IMG/VR virus record: IMGVR_UViG_3300009702_000029
Coordinates: 1-57,447 of that record
Length of the DNA: 57,447 nt
Source: a virus
Lineage: Duplodnaviria > Caudoviricetes
Direction: 5' to 3' (one strand)
Below the pieces are notes generated by a model. The model saw nothing but the letters and a program-made list of their open reading frames with translations, did no database searches and was not told the DNA's origin. The stretch's first letter is position 1. Every line of letters starts with the position of its first letter. A program made the position numbers and the translations under genes. Below are positions 38,896 to 47,132 of this stretch, in pieces.

Positions 38896-40338
38896 TCAAT
38901 TATAAATTGAATAAACTTCTTCTCGAAGAATAGAATGTTCTTCAAGCCAACGCGAACCTTCATCTGTAAAATCAATAATCAAAGCAGATTTCTTACCTGG
39001 AAATACTCTTAATACTCGTCCAACATTTTGCATGACTTGAGAACGAGCCTTTCCACCACCTGCCATTATAAGAGTATCTGCAATGGGCAAGTCCACTCCT
39101 TCGCCAATCACAGTTGAACCTATCAGAATATTGATTTTTCCTTTTCTAAAATCTTCCATAAGTTTTTCACGTTCTAGATCCTTAATAGTTCCATGGATGA
39201 ATTTAGCATTATCAGATTTAATTAATTTTTGAAGTCGTTCTCCATGTTCAATTTGTTGGACTAAAATAATAACATGCCTGCCCTTTTGAGCCTCTTCAAT
39301 AGCCACTTTAGCTATAATTTCATTTCGATCATCATTTTCAACAATAGCACTTTTATAAGTTTGTTGCCAATTACCGGCATCTTGGACCTGAGTTTGAATG
39401 AATTCGAATTCAGGTTTAATAAGATATCCCTCCTTAATAGCTTGAGGAATAGAATATTCAAATAAAACATTACTTAAAACTGATTGTAGAGCTAAATCTG
39501 ATCCATCATTTCTAAAATTTGTTGCAGTAACACCAATTCGAAAATATACATCTTTGAGATGTTTAAGATTAACTTCTCGAAAAGTTTCAGCACTTGAATG
39601 ATGAAATTCGTCTGTAAAGACAGCATCAATGTTTTTTAAGGCTGAAGGTTTCATCTTAACTAGCGCCTGAATGTTTACGATATTAATAGGCTTCTTAATT
39701 TTTACAGTCTTAGTATTGAGTTTATCAACCTTGCCTTTTCCAAAATGTTTAATTAGAGTATTTTGCATATGATCTGTGATGGCTTTTGAGGGAGTGATAA
39801 TTAGAGTATTAACTCCCAAATCCCATATCATTTTTGCTACAAGCAAAGATTTGCCCGTACCCGTGGGCATTACTACAACTCCACGTTCATTTTCTTCTAA
39901 GGCTTTAGTTCCAGTCTTTTGATAATGTCTAAGAGCTGGAAAAGGTTCTTTTAAAACAAATTTATGCTGTTTAAGTTGGGGGCGCTTACGTGCGTCGTTA
40001 ATAATATATTGTTCTTCTTTTAGAATATTTAAAACATTTGGCAATAAACCCGTAGGAAATTCTCCATCTTTGTAAAGACTTACATAAAGCTTACGTCTAA
40101 GTCCACGATTAATATGCAATAGTTGTGCCAATCTATTCTCAAGCCCTATGGTGTTTGAAAGTCGATTAGAATCTAACATAGCATTCATCTTGCTGATTTC
40201 CTTCTCATTTTTAAAAAGAGAATATTCTACATTAGAATCCATATATCTAAGTTCTTGCTTTAATCTAGTATCAATTCTATTGTTTAAATTTTTTGCTTGA
40301 CATATCGAGTTATACACGGTAAGATTTATTACAGACAT
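38896..40338 (-). CDS. Superfamily 2 DNA helicase (UvsW-like)
   Basis: LR.YQ, MPTGTGKS, DEFHH, TAT, IGEGVDLP, QNVGRVLR motifs. Confidence 0.92.
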   Translation of the reverse strand: MSVINLTVYNSICQAKNLNNRIDTRLKQELRYMDSNVEYSLFKNEKEISKMNAMLDSNRLSNTIGLENRLAQLLHINRGLRRKLYVSLYKDGEFPTGLLPNVLNILKEEQYIINDARKRPQLKQHKFVLKEPFPALRHYQKTGTKALEENERGVVVMPTGTGKSLLVAKMIWDLGVNTLIITPSKAITDHMQNTLIKHFGKGKVDKLNTKTVKIKKPINIVNIQALVKMKPSALKNIDAVFTDEFHHSSAETFREVNLKHLKDVYFRIGVTATNFRNDGSDLALQSVLSNVLFEYSIPQAIKEGYLIKPEFEFIQTQVQDAGNWQQTYKSAIVENDDRNEIIAKVAIEEAQKGRHVIILVQQIEHGERLQKLIKSDNAKFIHGTIKDLEREKLMEDFRKGKINILIGSTVIGEGVDLPIADTLIMAGGGKARSQVMQNVGRVLRVFPGKKSALIIDFTDEGSRWLEEHSILREEVYSIYN

Positions 40339-40344
40339 AGGGAT

Positions 40345-40373
40345 ATTTTTTCACAGAATGCGCAAAATGTCAA
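40345..40373 (-). promoter_or_regulatory. Putative sigma70 promoter for helicase, possibly leaderless mRNA
   Basis: Minus strand TTGACA-17-AAAAAT (TGAAAAAAT) ending 6 nt before the ATG; no SD visible. Confidence 0.45.
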
Positions 40374-40395
40374 TATTTAAGATTAGGAGAGAGGT

Positions 40396-40602
40396 ATGAC
40401 GCTAAGGCACAAGATTCTTGAATTTCTGTATACTCAAACGCAAAAGAAATCAATTCAATTCATTAAATCTGGAATGGTTGAGGATTTTGAAGAATTTGTG
40501 ACTAAAATTATTTCAGAACGAGAATTAGGAGAAGCATCGGATCGAATGCGTCTACATCAAGCTATAGCTGAAGAAAAAGCCGAAGGGGAGAAGGATGTAT
40601 AA
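40396..40602 (+). CDS. Hypothetical protein
   Basis: AGGAG/GAGG RBS; 68 aa, helical; overlaps the chaperonin start. Confidence 0.6.
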   Translation: MTLRHKILEFLYTQTQKKSIQFIKSGMVEDFEEFVTKIISERELGEASDRMRLHQAIAEEKAEGEKDV

Positions 40603-42289
40603 AAGAGTCTTAAATTCAAATCAATTAAGGGCAGTTGCAGGAAAAGCCATTTCTTTAGTTGCAGATCCCGTAAAGAGAACTCTGGGACCTGCTGGGCAGC
40701 CTATTATTGTGGAGCTTGCGGGACAGAATCCAGATGGCTCATCCCTTGACCCCATTATCACTAAAGATGGTGTAACTGTCGCAGAGCATGCCTCTTTTAG
40801 AGATCCAGCTTTAAATACTATTGTAAAAACTATCATCCAAGTTGCTAAGAAAACTGTGTCCCAAGGCGGGGATGGAACTACAACTTCTGTAGTATTAGCT
40901 GAAGCTATTTATAAAGAAGGGATGAAATATGTAGAGCGTGGCGCAAATAATATTGAATTATATAATGCCCTTAAAGCTATTAAAGATGAAGTTTTAGAGT
41001 ATATTGACGAGATTAAAATAGATGTTACTACCGATGAACAAATTAAAAATGTAGCGATGATTTCCTCAAATGGAGATGAGGAGATCGCAACTATCGTAGT
41101 TGAAGCAATTAAAGCTGCAGGAGAACATGGATATATTGAACTAGAAGATGGATATACTAAAAATTGTGTCATTAATGTCATTGATGGAGCTTCTTACAAA
41201 AGAGGTTGGAGAAACTTTGGCCCAAATGGATCGTTGATGGTCAATGATAAAGCCAAGAATTCTTGTGAACTTACAGGAGATAACGGAGTGGCAACGCTAC
41301 TTTACGCAGGAAAGTTAGATAACGTCCATGAATTACATGATTTAATTAATAAATTGTATAAATTTGATGAGAATAAGGGATTTTTAACTGAGATCTTTCC
41401 TTTTTTAATTGTGGCATATGATTATTCAGATGATGTTCGAAATTTCATTCTTCAACAAAGAACTCAAGCAAAACTTCCATTGGCAGCAATTAAAGCTCCA
41501 GCGGACGGTAGTCCTAATTCTAGAACAGAAATGCTTTACGATATGGCGGCACTTACGGGAGCCACGGTCTCGGCAAGAGGTATCTTAGATCTTGATAAGG
41601 TGGATGAGACTCATTTAGGTGGAGCAGAATCTGTATCAATATCTCCTGAAGATACTGTTTTTTACAATGTATCTGGTGATAAAGCGGATGTTAAACGCAG
41701 AATTAAAGAATTAGACACTCTTTTAGAAACTTCAACTCTTGATCCTTGGGACCAACAGAATATACGACTTAGAAAAGGAAAGTTATCTCAAGGAATTGTA
41801 ATTGTACGAGTTGGAGGAGATACTGAGCCGGAAATGAAAGAAAAGAAAGATAGGGCAGAAGATGCACTTTGTGCAGCAAAAGTGGCTGTCAAAGCTGGGG
41901 TAGTTCCTGGAGGTGGAGTAACACTTTATAATGCAAGTTATTTAATTGACAGGTCTAATGCCGGGAGTATTGCTGATAAAATCATGGCAGTAGCTCTTCG
42001 AGCCCCCATGCGGCAGATTATAGAAAATGCTGGAAAATCACCAGAAAAGATTTTCACAGTTCTCGAAATGGACCCAGGAGAAAACAACGACGGCTATGAT
42101 GCGAGAACACATAAATTTGCAAATATGGTAGATTCGGGAATACTTGATCCCGCTAAAGTTACAAAATCAGCACTTGAGAACGCAGTATCAATTGCAGGAT
42201 TATTATTGACGACTGGTGGAGCCTTAATTTCGGACGTTCTACCAGAGGACGGCAAAGAAAACCCACTTGCAGCAATGTTTGGAGCTTAA
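40595..42289 (+). CDS. groEL: Phage-encoded GroEL-like chaperonin (Cpn60)
   Basis: V..TLGP.G, ITKDGVTVA, GDGTTT, VGG.TE.EMKEKKDR.EDAL.A, GVVPGGG, GILDP.KVT.SALENA.S.A...LTT. No GGM tail. Confidence 0.95.
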   Translation: MYKRVLNSNQLRAVAGKAISLVADPVKRTLGPAGQPIIVELAGQNPDGSSLDPIITKDGVTVAEHASFRDPALNTIVKTIIQVAKKTVSQGGDGTTTSVVLAEAIYKEGMKYVERGANNIELYNALKAIKDEVLEYIDEIKIDVTTDEQIKNVAMISSNGDEEIATIVVEAIKAAGEHGYIELEDGYTKNCVINVIDGASYKRGWRNFGPNGSLMVNDKAKNSCELTGDNGVATLLYAGKLDNVHELHDLINKLYKFDENKGFLTEIFPFLIVAYDYSDDVRNFILQQRTQAKLPLAAIKAPADGSPNSRTEMLYDMAALTGATVSARGILDLDKVDETHLGGAESVSISPEDTVFYNVSGDKADVKRRIKELDTLLETSTLDPWDQQNIRLRKGKLSQGIVIVRVGGDTEPEMKEKKDRAEDALCAAKVAVKAGVVPGGGVTLYNASYLIDRSNAGSIADKIMAVALRAPMRQIIENAGKSPEKIFTVLEMDPGENNDGYDARTHKFANMVDSGILDPAKVTKSALENAVSIAGLLLTTGGALISDVLPEDGKENPLAAMFGA

Positions 42290-42291
42290 TA

Positions 42292-43383
42292 ATGGCAGGT
42301 AAACAGACAACTAGAATTAGTTATTCATCGGTCAATGATTTTAAAGAATGTCCGACCAAAATGTATAATAAAAAGAAATACTCAATGATCAAGCAATCAT
42401 CAGCTTTGGCTTTTGGATCAGCTATTGAGGCGGGAGTTGAGGCGCTTCTAACAGGAAATACAATTGATGAGGCTATTGACATCTTTCATGAACATTGGCA
42501 CACTCGTCCTGCAAACAAATGGGAAGGTGCCAGGCAGATCTTTGATTCCGAAGATATATTTTATTATGCATCAGATTATGATAAAAATCTTTTAGATGTT
42601 GAAGCTTTTGATTTATTTGATGAATGGTGTAGTGAAATTAATATAGATCCTCCCAAAGATTATTTTAAATTTGTTGGAGAAATTCAAACAGCCTTCAAAA
42701 AGGAGGAAGAAGTAACAGATGAGGATCGCAGACTCTATCATAGAATTATGTGGTATTGCGTAAATACTAGAGGACCCTATATGATTGAGGCTTTTGCGCG
42801 TGACATCATGCCTAATATAGAGGAACTGTTATCTTGTCAAAAAGATGTTCTTATTAAGAATAAAGATGGGGATAAAGTTACAGGATTTATCGATTTTATA
42901 GCTAAATATAAAGATATAAAAGGGCCTGTCGTTTGGGATTTAAAGTCTGCAGGTAGATTTTACGAGTCTCATAATATTGATTCAAGTGATCAACTCCGAG
43001 TATATGCTGTATCAGAAGATATCAGAACTGTGGGATACTGGGTATTGATTAAAAGTCTGAAACATAAGAAGTTTTGCACGAAGTGTGATCATGAACGAGC
43101 TGGGGCAGATTTTCGAAAAAAGAATTGTACGCAAAACGGCTGTAAGGGGAAGTACGAAGTAATTCGTACAGAGGGTCTAACTCAAGTTCTAACAAAGACT
43201 CTCACTCAAGCGGACGTTGATGATGTAATGGAAGATTTTTCAGAGATTCTAATGGCAATTAAAAATGGCTTAAAGTGGAAGAATGCTAATAGTTGTTTTA
43301 ATTATGGTACTAAATGTGAGTTTTACGACAATTGTTGGGCCGGTAAGGCTCTTAGTGAACTGAAACATCTTAAAAAGAGGTAA
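42292..43383 (+). CDS. PD-(D/E)XK exonuclease (RecB/Cas4-like)
   Basis: ISYS....F.ECP, GFID, DLKS, QL.VY, C-terminal Cys cluster plus an extra CxxC...CxxxxC insert. Confidence 0.85.
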   Translation: MAGKQTTRISYSSVNDFKECPTKMYNKKKYSMIKQSSALAFGSAIEAGVEALLTGNTIDEAIDIFHEHWHTRPANKWEGARQIFDSEDIFYYASDYDKNLLDVEAFDLFDEWCSEINIDPPKDYFKFVGEIQTAFKKEEEVTDEDRRLYHRIMWYCVNTRGPYMIEAFARDIMPNIEELLSCQKDVLIKNKDGDKVTGFIDFIAKYKDIKGPVVWDLKSAGRFYESHNIDSSDQLRVYAVSEDIRTVGYWVLIKSLKHKKFCTKCDHERAGADFRKKNCTQNGCKGKYEVIRTEGLTQVLTKTLTQADVDDVMEDFSEILMAIKNGLKWKNANSCFNYGTKCEFYDNCWAGKALSELKHLKKR

Positions 43384-43385
43384 TT

Positions 43386-43559
43386 ATGTTAGATAAATTT
43401 AAAAATTTATCAAATAAGAAGATTACAGGATACGTATTTCTAGGATTATTTTTTGTATCAACAGTCATTAATCCTGGGTTAGCATTTTTAAATTTGATTT
43501 TTGGATTTCCTTTGATATTGCTTATTATAGGAACTACGTTACTACTAATGAAAAATTAA
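43386..43559 (+). CDS. Small membrane protein (57 aa, not in track)
   Basis: GAGG RBS; MLDKFKNLSNKKITGYVFLGLFF...; two hydrophobic segments. Confidence 0.6.
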   Translation: MLDKFKNLSNKKITGYVFLGLFFVSTVINPGLAFLNLIFGFPLILLIIGTTLLLMKN

Positions 43560-43567
43560 ATTAATGC

Positions 43568-43596
43568 TTGACTGTGGCGCGTCAAAATGATATGTT
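43568..43596 (+). promoter_or_regulatory. Sigma70-type promoter TTGACT-17-TATGTT with overlapping inverted repeat
   Basis: -35 at 43568-43573; TGn plus -10 at 43588-43596; TTGAC-N8-GTCAA dyad. Confidence 0.7.
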
Positions 43597-43615
43597 AAAT
43601 AAAAGGGAGATATAA

Positions 43616-44173
43616 ATGGGTAGAAATGATGATAACTTCGATGAAGCAACGTATATAAAAGTTAATGAACGATTAGCAGCATTCCGAAAAGAGTTTCCTG
43701 AAGGACTCTTAACTACATTTCGTGGCGAAGATAGTGAAGGAATTTTTTATAAATGTGTAGTTTTTCGTAATCCGAAAGAAGCAGAACTCTACGGTCCTCA
43801 CCAGATAGCAGCGTCCTCAGGTACGGCATATTTGCCAGAATGGGCCGCTCAAGAAGAATCGCCGAAGGTGGAGGAAGCGACTGAAACTGCGGCAGTAGGC
43901 CGAGCACTGGCCTTTATGGGATACCGAGTAGAAAGATCAATAGCTTCATCAGAAGAAATGCAGCGATTTGAGAAAATGCACGGAGAGTCGGAAGAAGAGG
44001 AGGAAGAGGTCAAAGCTAAAGCAAAGAAATCACGAACTCGGATGTCTACACGAACGTCAGTTCGAAAGGCCAAAACTGAGGATGATAATGTGAAAGAATT
44101 GCCTAAGCTAAGATCATCAAGGAACTTCAGTAGAGGTTCTAAACTATCTAGTAGAAAGAGAGTAGGAAAATAA
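43616..44173 (+). CDS. Probable single-strand annealing protein (Rad52/Sak-like)
   Basis: Y..V.ER...F....P.G...E..ET.AVGRAL...G....IAS.EEM pattern; near the exonuclease; charged C-terminal tail. Confidence 0.6.
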   Translation: MGRNDDNFDEATYIKVNERLAAFRKEFPEGLLTTFRGEDSEGIFYKCVVFRNPKEAELYGPHQIAASSGTAYLPEWAAQEESPKVEEATETAAVGRALAFMGYRVERSIASSEEMQRFEKMHGESEEEEEEVKAKAKKSRTRMSTRTSVRKAKTEDDNVKELPKLRSSRNFSRGSKLSSRKRVGK

Positions 44174-44174
44174 A

Positions 44175-44486
44175 ATGGAAAAGGCAAATGCAAATGCAAC
44201 ATTTCCGACGCCAGCATCTTTTGAAGCATCGAAGCTTATAAAGAAGTACCCAAATCGGAAATTGTATGATACTACGTCATCTGAATATGTCACTTTGACA
44301 GATATCTATACTTACATAGAAAATGGCGAGTCAGTACAAGTAATTAATAACAAGACTAAAGAAAATGTCACTACTGCAGTTTTGCTCAATGCCCTTGTAG
44401 AAAAGGGTAAAGGAGAGACAAATGGCGCAGTAGCAGGTATGCTTGAGTATGTCGCAGATTATATTAAAGGAGGCAGCAATGTCTAG
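44175..44486 (+). CDS. PhaR-like (PHB_acc_N) DNA-binding domain protein
   Basis: IKKYPNRKLYDT.SS.YVTL.DI...I..G..VQVI.NKT.E.VT..L closely matches the PhaR N-terminal domain. Confidence 0.85.
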   Translation: MEKANANATFPTPASFEASKLIKKYPNRKLYDTTSSEYVTLTDIYTYIENGESVQVINNKTKENVTTAVLLNALVEKGKGETNGAVAGMLEYVADYIKGGSNV

Positions 44487-44997
44487 AGGAGAAGGACGAA
44501 GAGGTTATTCAGGTAATGCAGATCGTAGTTCCCGTGGAGCAGGTCGTGGAAGCTCCCGTGGAGCAGGTCGTGGAAGCTCCCGTGGAGCAGATCGTGGAGC
44601 AGATCATGGAGCAGATCGTGGAGCAGATCATGGAGCAGATCGTGGAGCATTAAATCAGGATAGAGGTCGGGCTAGTAGAGGAAGTCGTAGATCTAATGGA
44701 GGCCAAGGCCAAGACCAATCTGATTTTGTAAAAGTTGGAGATATGAAATTAACTTTAACTGCATCAAATAATGAAAAGAAAATTCTAGACACTATTGCTG
44801 AGCTGATTGATGATGGTGCATCTTTACAAGAAGTACTTCAAGAATCGGGACTTCAATTGTGGTGTCGTTTTTGGTTTCCCGATGATGGTGGAATGGAATA
44901 TCGAAGTGAAGATCAATTATTGGTCACATTTAAAAAGCCTTCCATTAAGGCACCGAAATTCAATCTAGCTAGTGTATCATTTGATTCTAAATCATAA
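44479..44997 (+). CDS. RG-rich repeat protein, probable nucleic-acid binder
   Basis: AGGAGG RBS before ATG 44479; N-terminal RGAG/RGSS/RGAD repeats, then a globular domain. Confidence 0.6.
   Translation: MSRGEGRRGYSGNADRSSRGAGRGSSRGAGRGSSRGADRGADHGADRGADHGADRGALNQDRGRASRGSRRSNGGQGQDQSDFVKVGDMKLTLTASNNEKKILDTIAELIDDGASLQEVLQESGLQLWCRFWFPDDGGMEYRSEDQLLVTFKKPSIKAPKFNLASVSFDSKS
44533..44649 (+). repeat. 12-bp tandem repeat, about 10 units
   Basis: Units CGTGGAGCAGGT / CGTGGAAGCTCC / C(G/A)TGGAGCAGAT. Confidence 0.95.
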
Positions 44998-45008
44998 AGG
45001 GAAAATTA

Positions 45009-47132
45009 ATGCTTGTAAGGGTTACTCAGTCGGTCAAGGATTATGGAACACTCGTTCATCCAGACGAAGTGGAGGCCTTGATCGACGACCCTTCTAAGGA
45101 TTGGTATAAATCTCCCTTTTATTATGGAAATGATGTTCTTGAATATTTTAAAGAACATAAGAATAGTATCAAGGGCTACACTGGAGAGGTTTGGACAGAT
45201 TCTCTTTATTGGGATTTAGATTGTAAAGGAAATTTTGAAGAAGTTAGGGAAGGTGCCATTTGTCTTATTAACAAACTTATAGACTTAGAACTTGATTCTG
45301 CAATTGAACTTTATTTTAGTGGCAATAAGGGAGTTCACGTATTTCTTAGAACAAAGAATAAATTTACCCCAGATGAAGCAAAAAAGATCTGTTATAATTT
45401 GGCTTATGAGGCCGGAGTTCTTAAATATAAAGATAAGAACGGTAAGGCCATATTTGATACGACTGTTTATAACATTAATCGAATCTTTAGAATACCTAAT
45501 ACAAAACATCAAGAATCAGGATTATTTAAAATCCAATTGGATATTGATGAATTTGAAGTAATTAGTGAAACTAAAGTTCGAAAGCTTGCTAAAAAGCCAG
45601 CAGAGATCGTATATGCCACACCCATAGAGGCTGAATTTTTAAAAGAAGATTATAATACTCAATCACAACTTGAAGTGGTATCAAATATTGTAGATATTAC
45701 ATCATTAAAGGAAAAATATATAGGAGATTTTAATCCTTTAGACTGTCCTCCTGATAAACGAAGATGTATTTATGTTCTAGAAAATGGATATTTTGGACCA
45801 GGAGAACGCGAGAATGCATCTATAAGATTGGCAGCTTATTATCATGGTCAAAATTGGACCAAAGAACAAACTTTTGAAAAATTAGTTGATGCATTGGATA
45901 AACGGGCAGAAAATTATCCAGATGCGACTCCTTGGAAAGAAGAAGACGTACACCGAGTAGTAGATCTTGTATATTCTGAAGGATGGAATGGTGGTACTTA
46001 TTCTTGTAAAACTGATGATTTTTTACGATCAAAATGCGATGTTGGAGCTGGACCATGTTGCAATAATACTTCTGCAAAACCCTCAGGAGTAACAGTTGGA
46101 GGTTTAATTGATCAATATATTAATTATGGTCTAGAAGCTTTAGATGAATATCCTAAAACGGGGTTAGATTGGGTAGATAACTTAGTTAGATTTCGACCGC
46201 GCAATTATTCTATTATTAATGGAGCAAATGGATCAGGTAAAACTGCATTTTCAATTCAATGGATGGAACATCTTAATGAACAGAAGATGTGGCATATTAT
46301 ATTCTCTGCCGACATGGCCAATACCTCATTATTTGAAAAAATGGCAGCAAGGAATACAGATCTTACTCCTATGGATATCGAGAGAGCATTTAATAAACAC
46401 TTCATTGATAAGGAAGCTCAAAAACGTGTGACTGCTGCTCTTAGGGAAAAATATCCATATAGCATTTTTGACTTTACATCTGCGCTTACATCACGACATA
46501 TTGAACGTGAGATCAGACTTTGGAATGAACTTGGATATAAGATTCAAATAGGTTTCATTGATTATGCAGGACGAATGATTGGAGATAATGATAGTCAATA
46601 TCAAAATGCTACACAGATTGCTTTGGAAGCTAATGATATTGCAAAACGAACTAATACTCATTTGTGTTATATCTCTCAAATTCCACGGGATGAGGGAGAT
46701 CATACTAGACCTCTAAGATCTAGTCGTGTATCAAAAGATTCGGGAGCATGGGAAGAAAATGCCACTATCGTCATTAATGTATGGAGGCCTATGGGAGATG
46801 GCATTGAGGATTTAGATAGCTATATGCATATTTATATTGCAAAGAATAGATCTGGAGCTTTAGCTGAACGAGTATTTTGGTGGGAAGGTAAGCAAGGTAG
46901 AATAAGTAATATTTCTGAAGAAGAGTTCAAGGCGTATAAAGGTTTTTGTGAGGAATTAGATCGACCAAAACCATATGAGCAATTTGAAAATCGAACTAAT
47001 GATAGAAATAAGCTTCAAAGAAATGATCGGTATAGGGCAAGTAGGAAAGATAATGACAAAGAAACAGATCAGTTACATAATGATCGAGAATCAAGAGCAA
47101 CTAAACGAGGTTCTAAGTTGTCTAAAAGATGA
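45009..47132 (+). CDS. AEP-family primase fused to SF4 (DnaB-like) helicase
   Basis: WDLD, FSGNKG.H, R.FRIPNT.H (AEP); PriCT-like G.R...RLA region; GANGSGKT, IDY, SQ..R, IAKNR.G (SF4). Confidence 0.9.
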   Translation: MLVRVTQSVKDYGTLVHPDEVEALIDDPSKDWYKSPFYYGNDVLEYFKEHKNSIKGYTGEVWTDSLYWDLDCKGNFEEVREGAICLINKLIDLELDSAIELYFSGNKGVHVFLRTKNKFTPDEAKKICYNLAYEAGVLKYKDKNGKAIFDTTVYNINRIFRIPNTKHQESGLFKIQLDIDEFEVISETKVRKLAKKPAEIVYATPIEAEFLKEDYNTQSQLEVVSNIVDITSLKEKYIGDFNPLDCPPDKRRCIYVLENGYFGPGERENASIRLAAYYHGQNWTKEQTFEKLVDALDKRAENYPDATPWKEEDVHRVVDLVYSEGWNGGTYSCKTDDFLRSKCDVGAGPCCNNTSAKPSGVTVGGLIDQYINYGLEALDEYPKTGLDWVDNLVRFRPRNYSIINGANGSGKTAFSIQWMEHLNEQKMWHIIFSADMANTSLFEKMAARNTDLTPMDIERAFNKHFIDKEAQKRVTAALREKYPYSIFDFTSALTSRHIEREIRLWNELGYKIQIGFIDYAGRMIGDNDSQYQNATQIALEANDIAKRTNTHLCYISQIPRDEGDHTRPLRSSRVSKDSGAWEENATIVINVWRPMGDGIEDLDSYMHIYIAKNRSGALAERVFWWEGKQGRISNISEEEFKAYKGFCEELDRPKPYEQFENRTNDRNKLQRNDRYRASRKDNDKETDQLHNDRESRATKRGSKLSKR

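Noticed and set aside
40396-40602. GroES co-chaperonin
   Set aside because: Too short, helical, and lacks the PL.DRV and mobile-loop motifs.
44533-44649. CRISPR array
   Set aside because: Contiguous 12-bp units with no spacers and no cas operon. The PD-(D/E)XK nuclease is a typical stand-alone phage enzyme.
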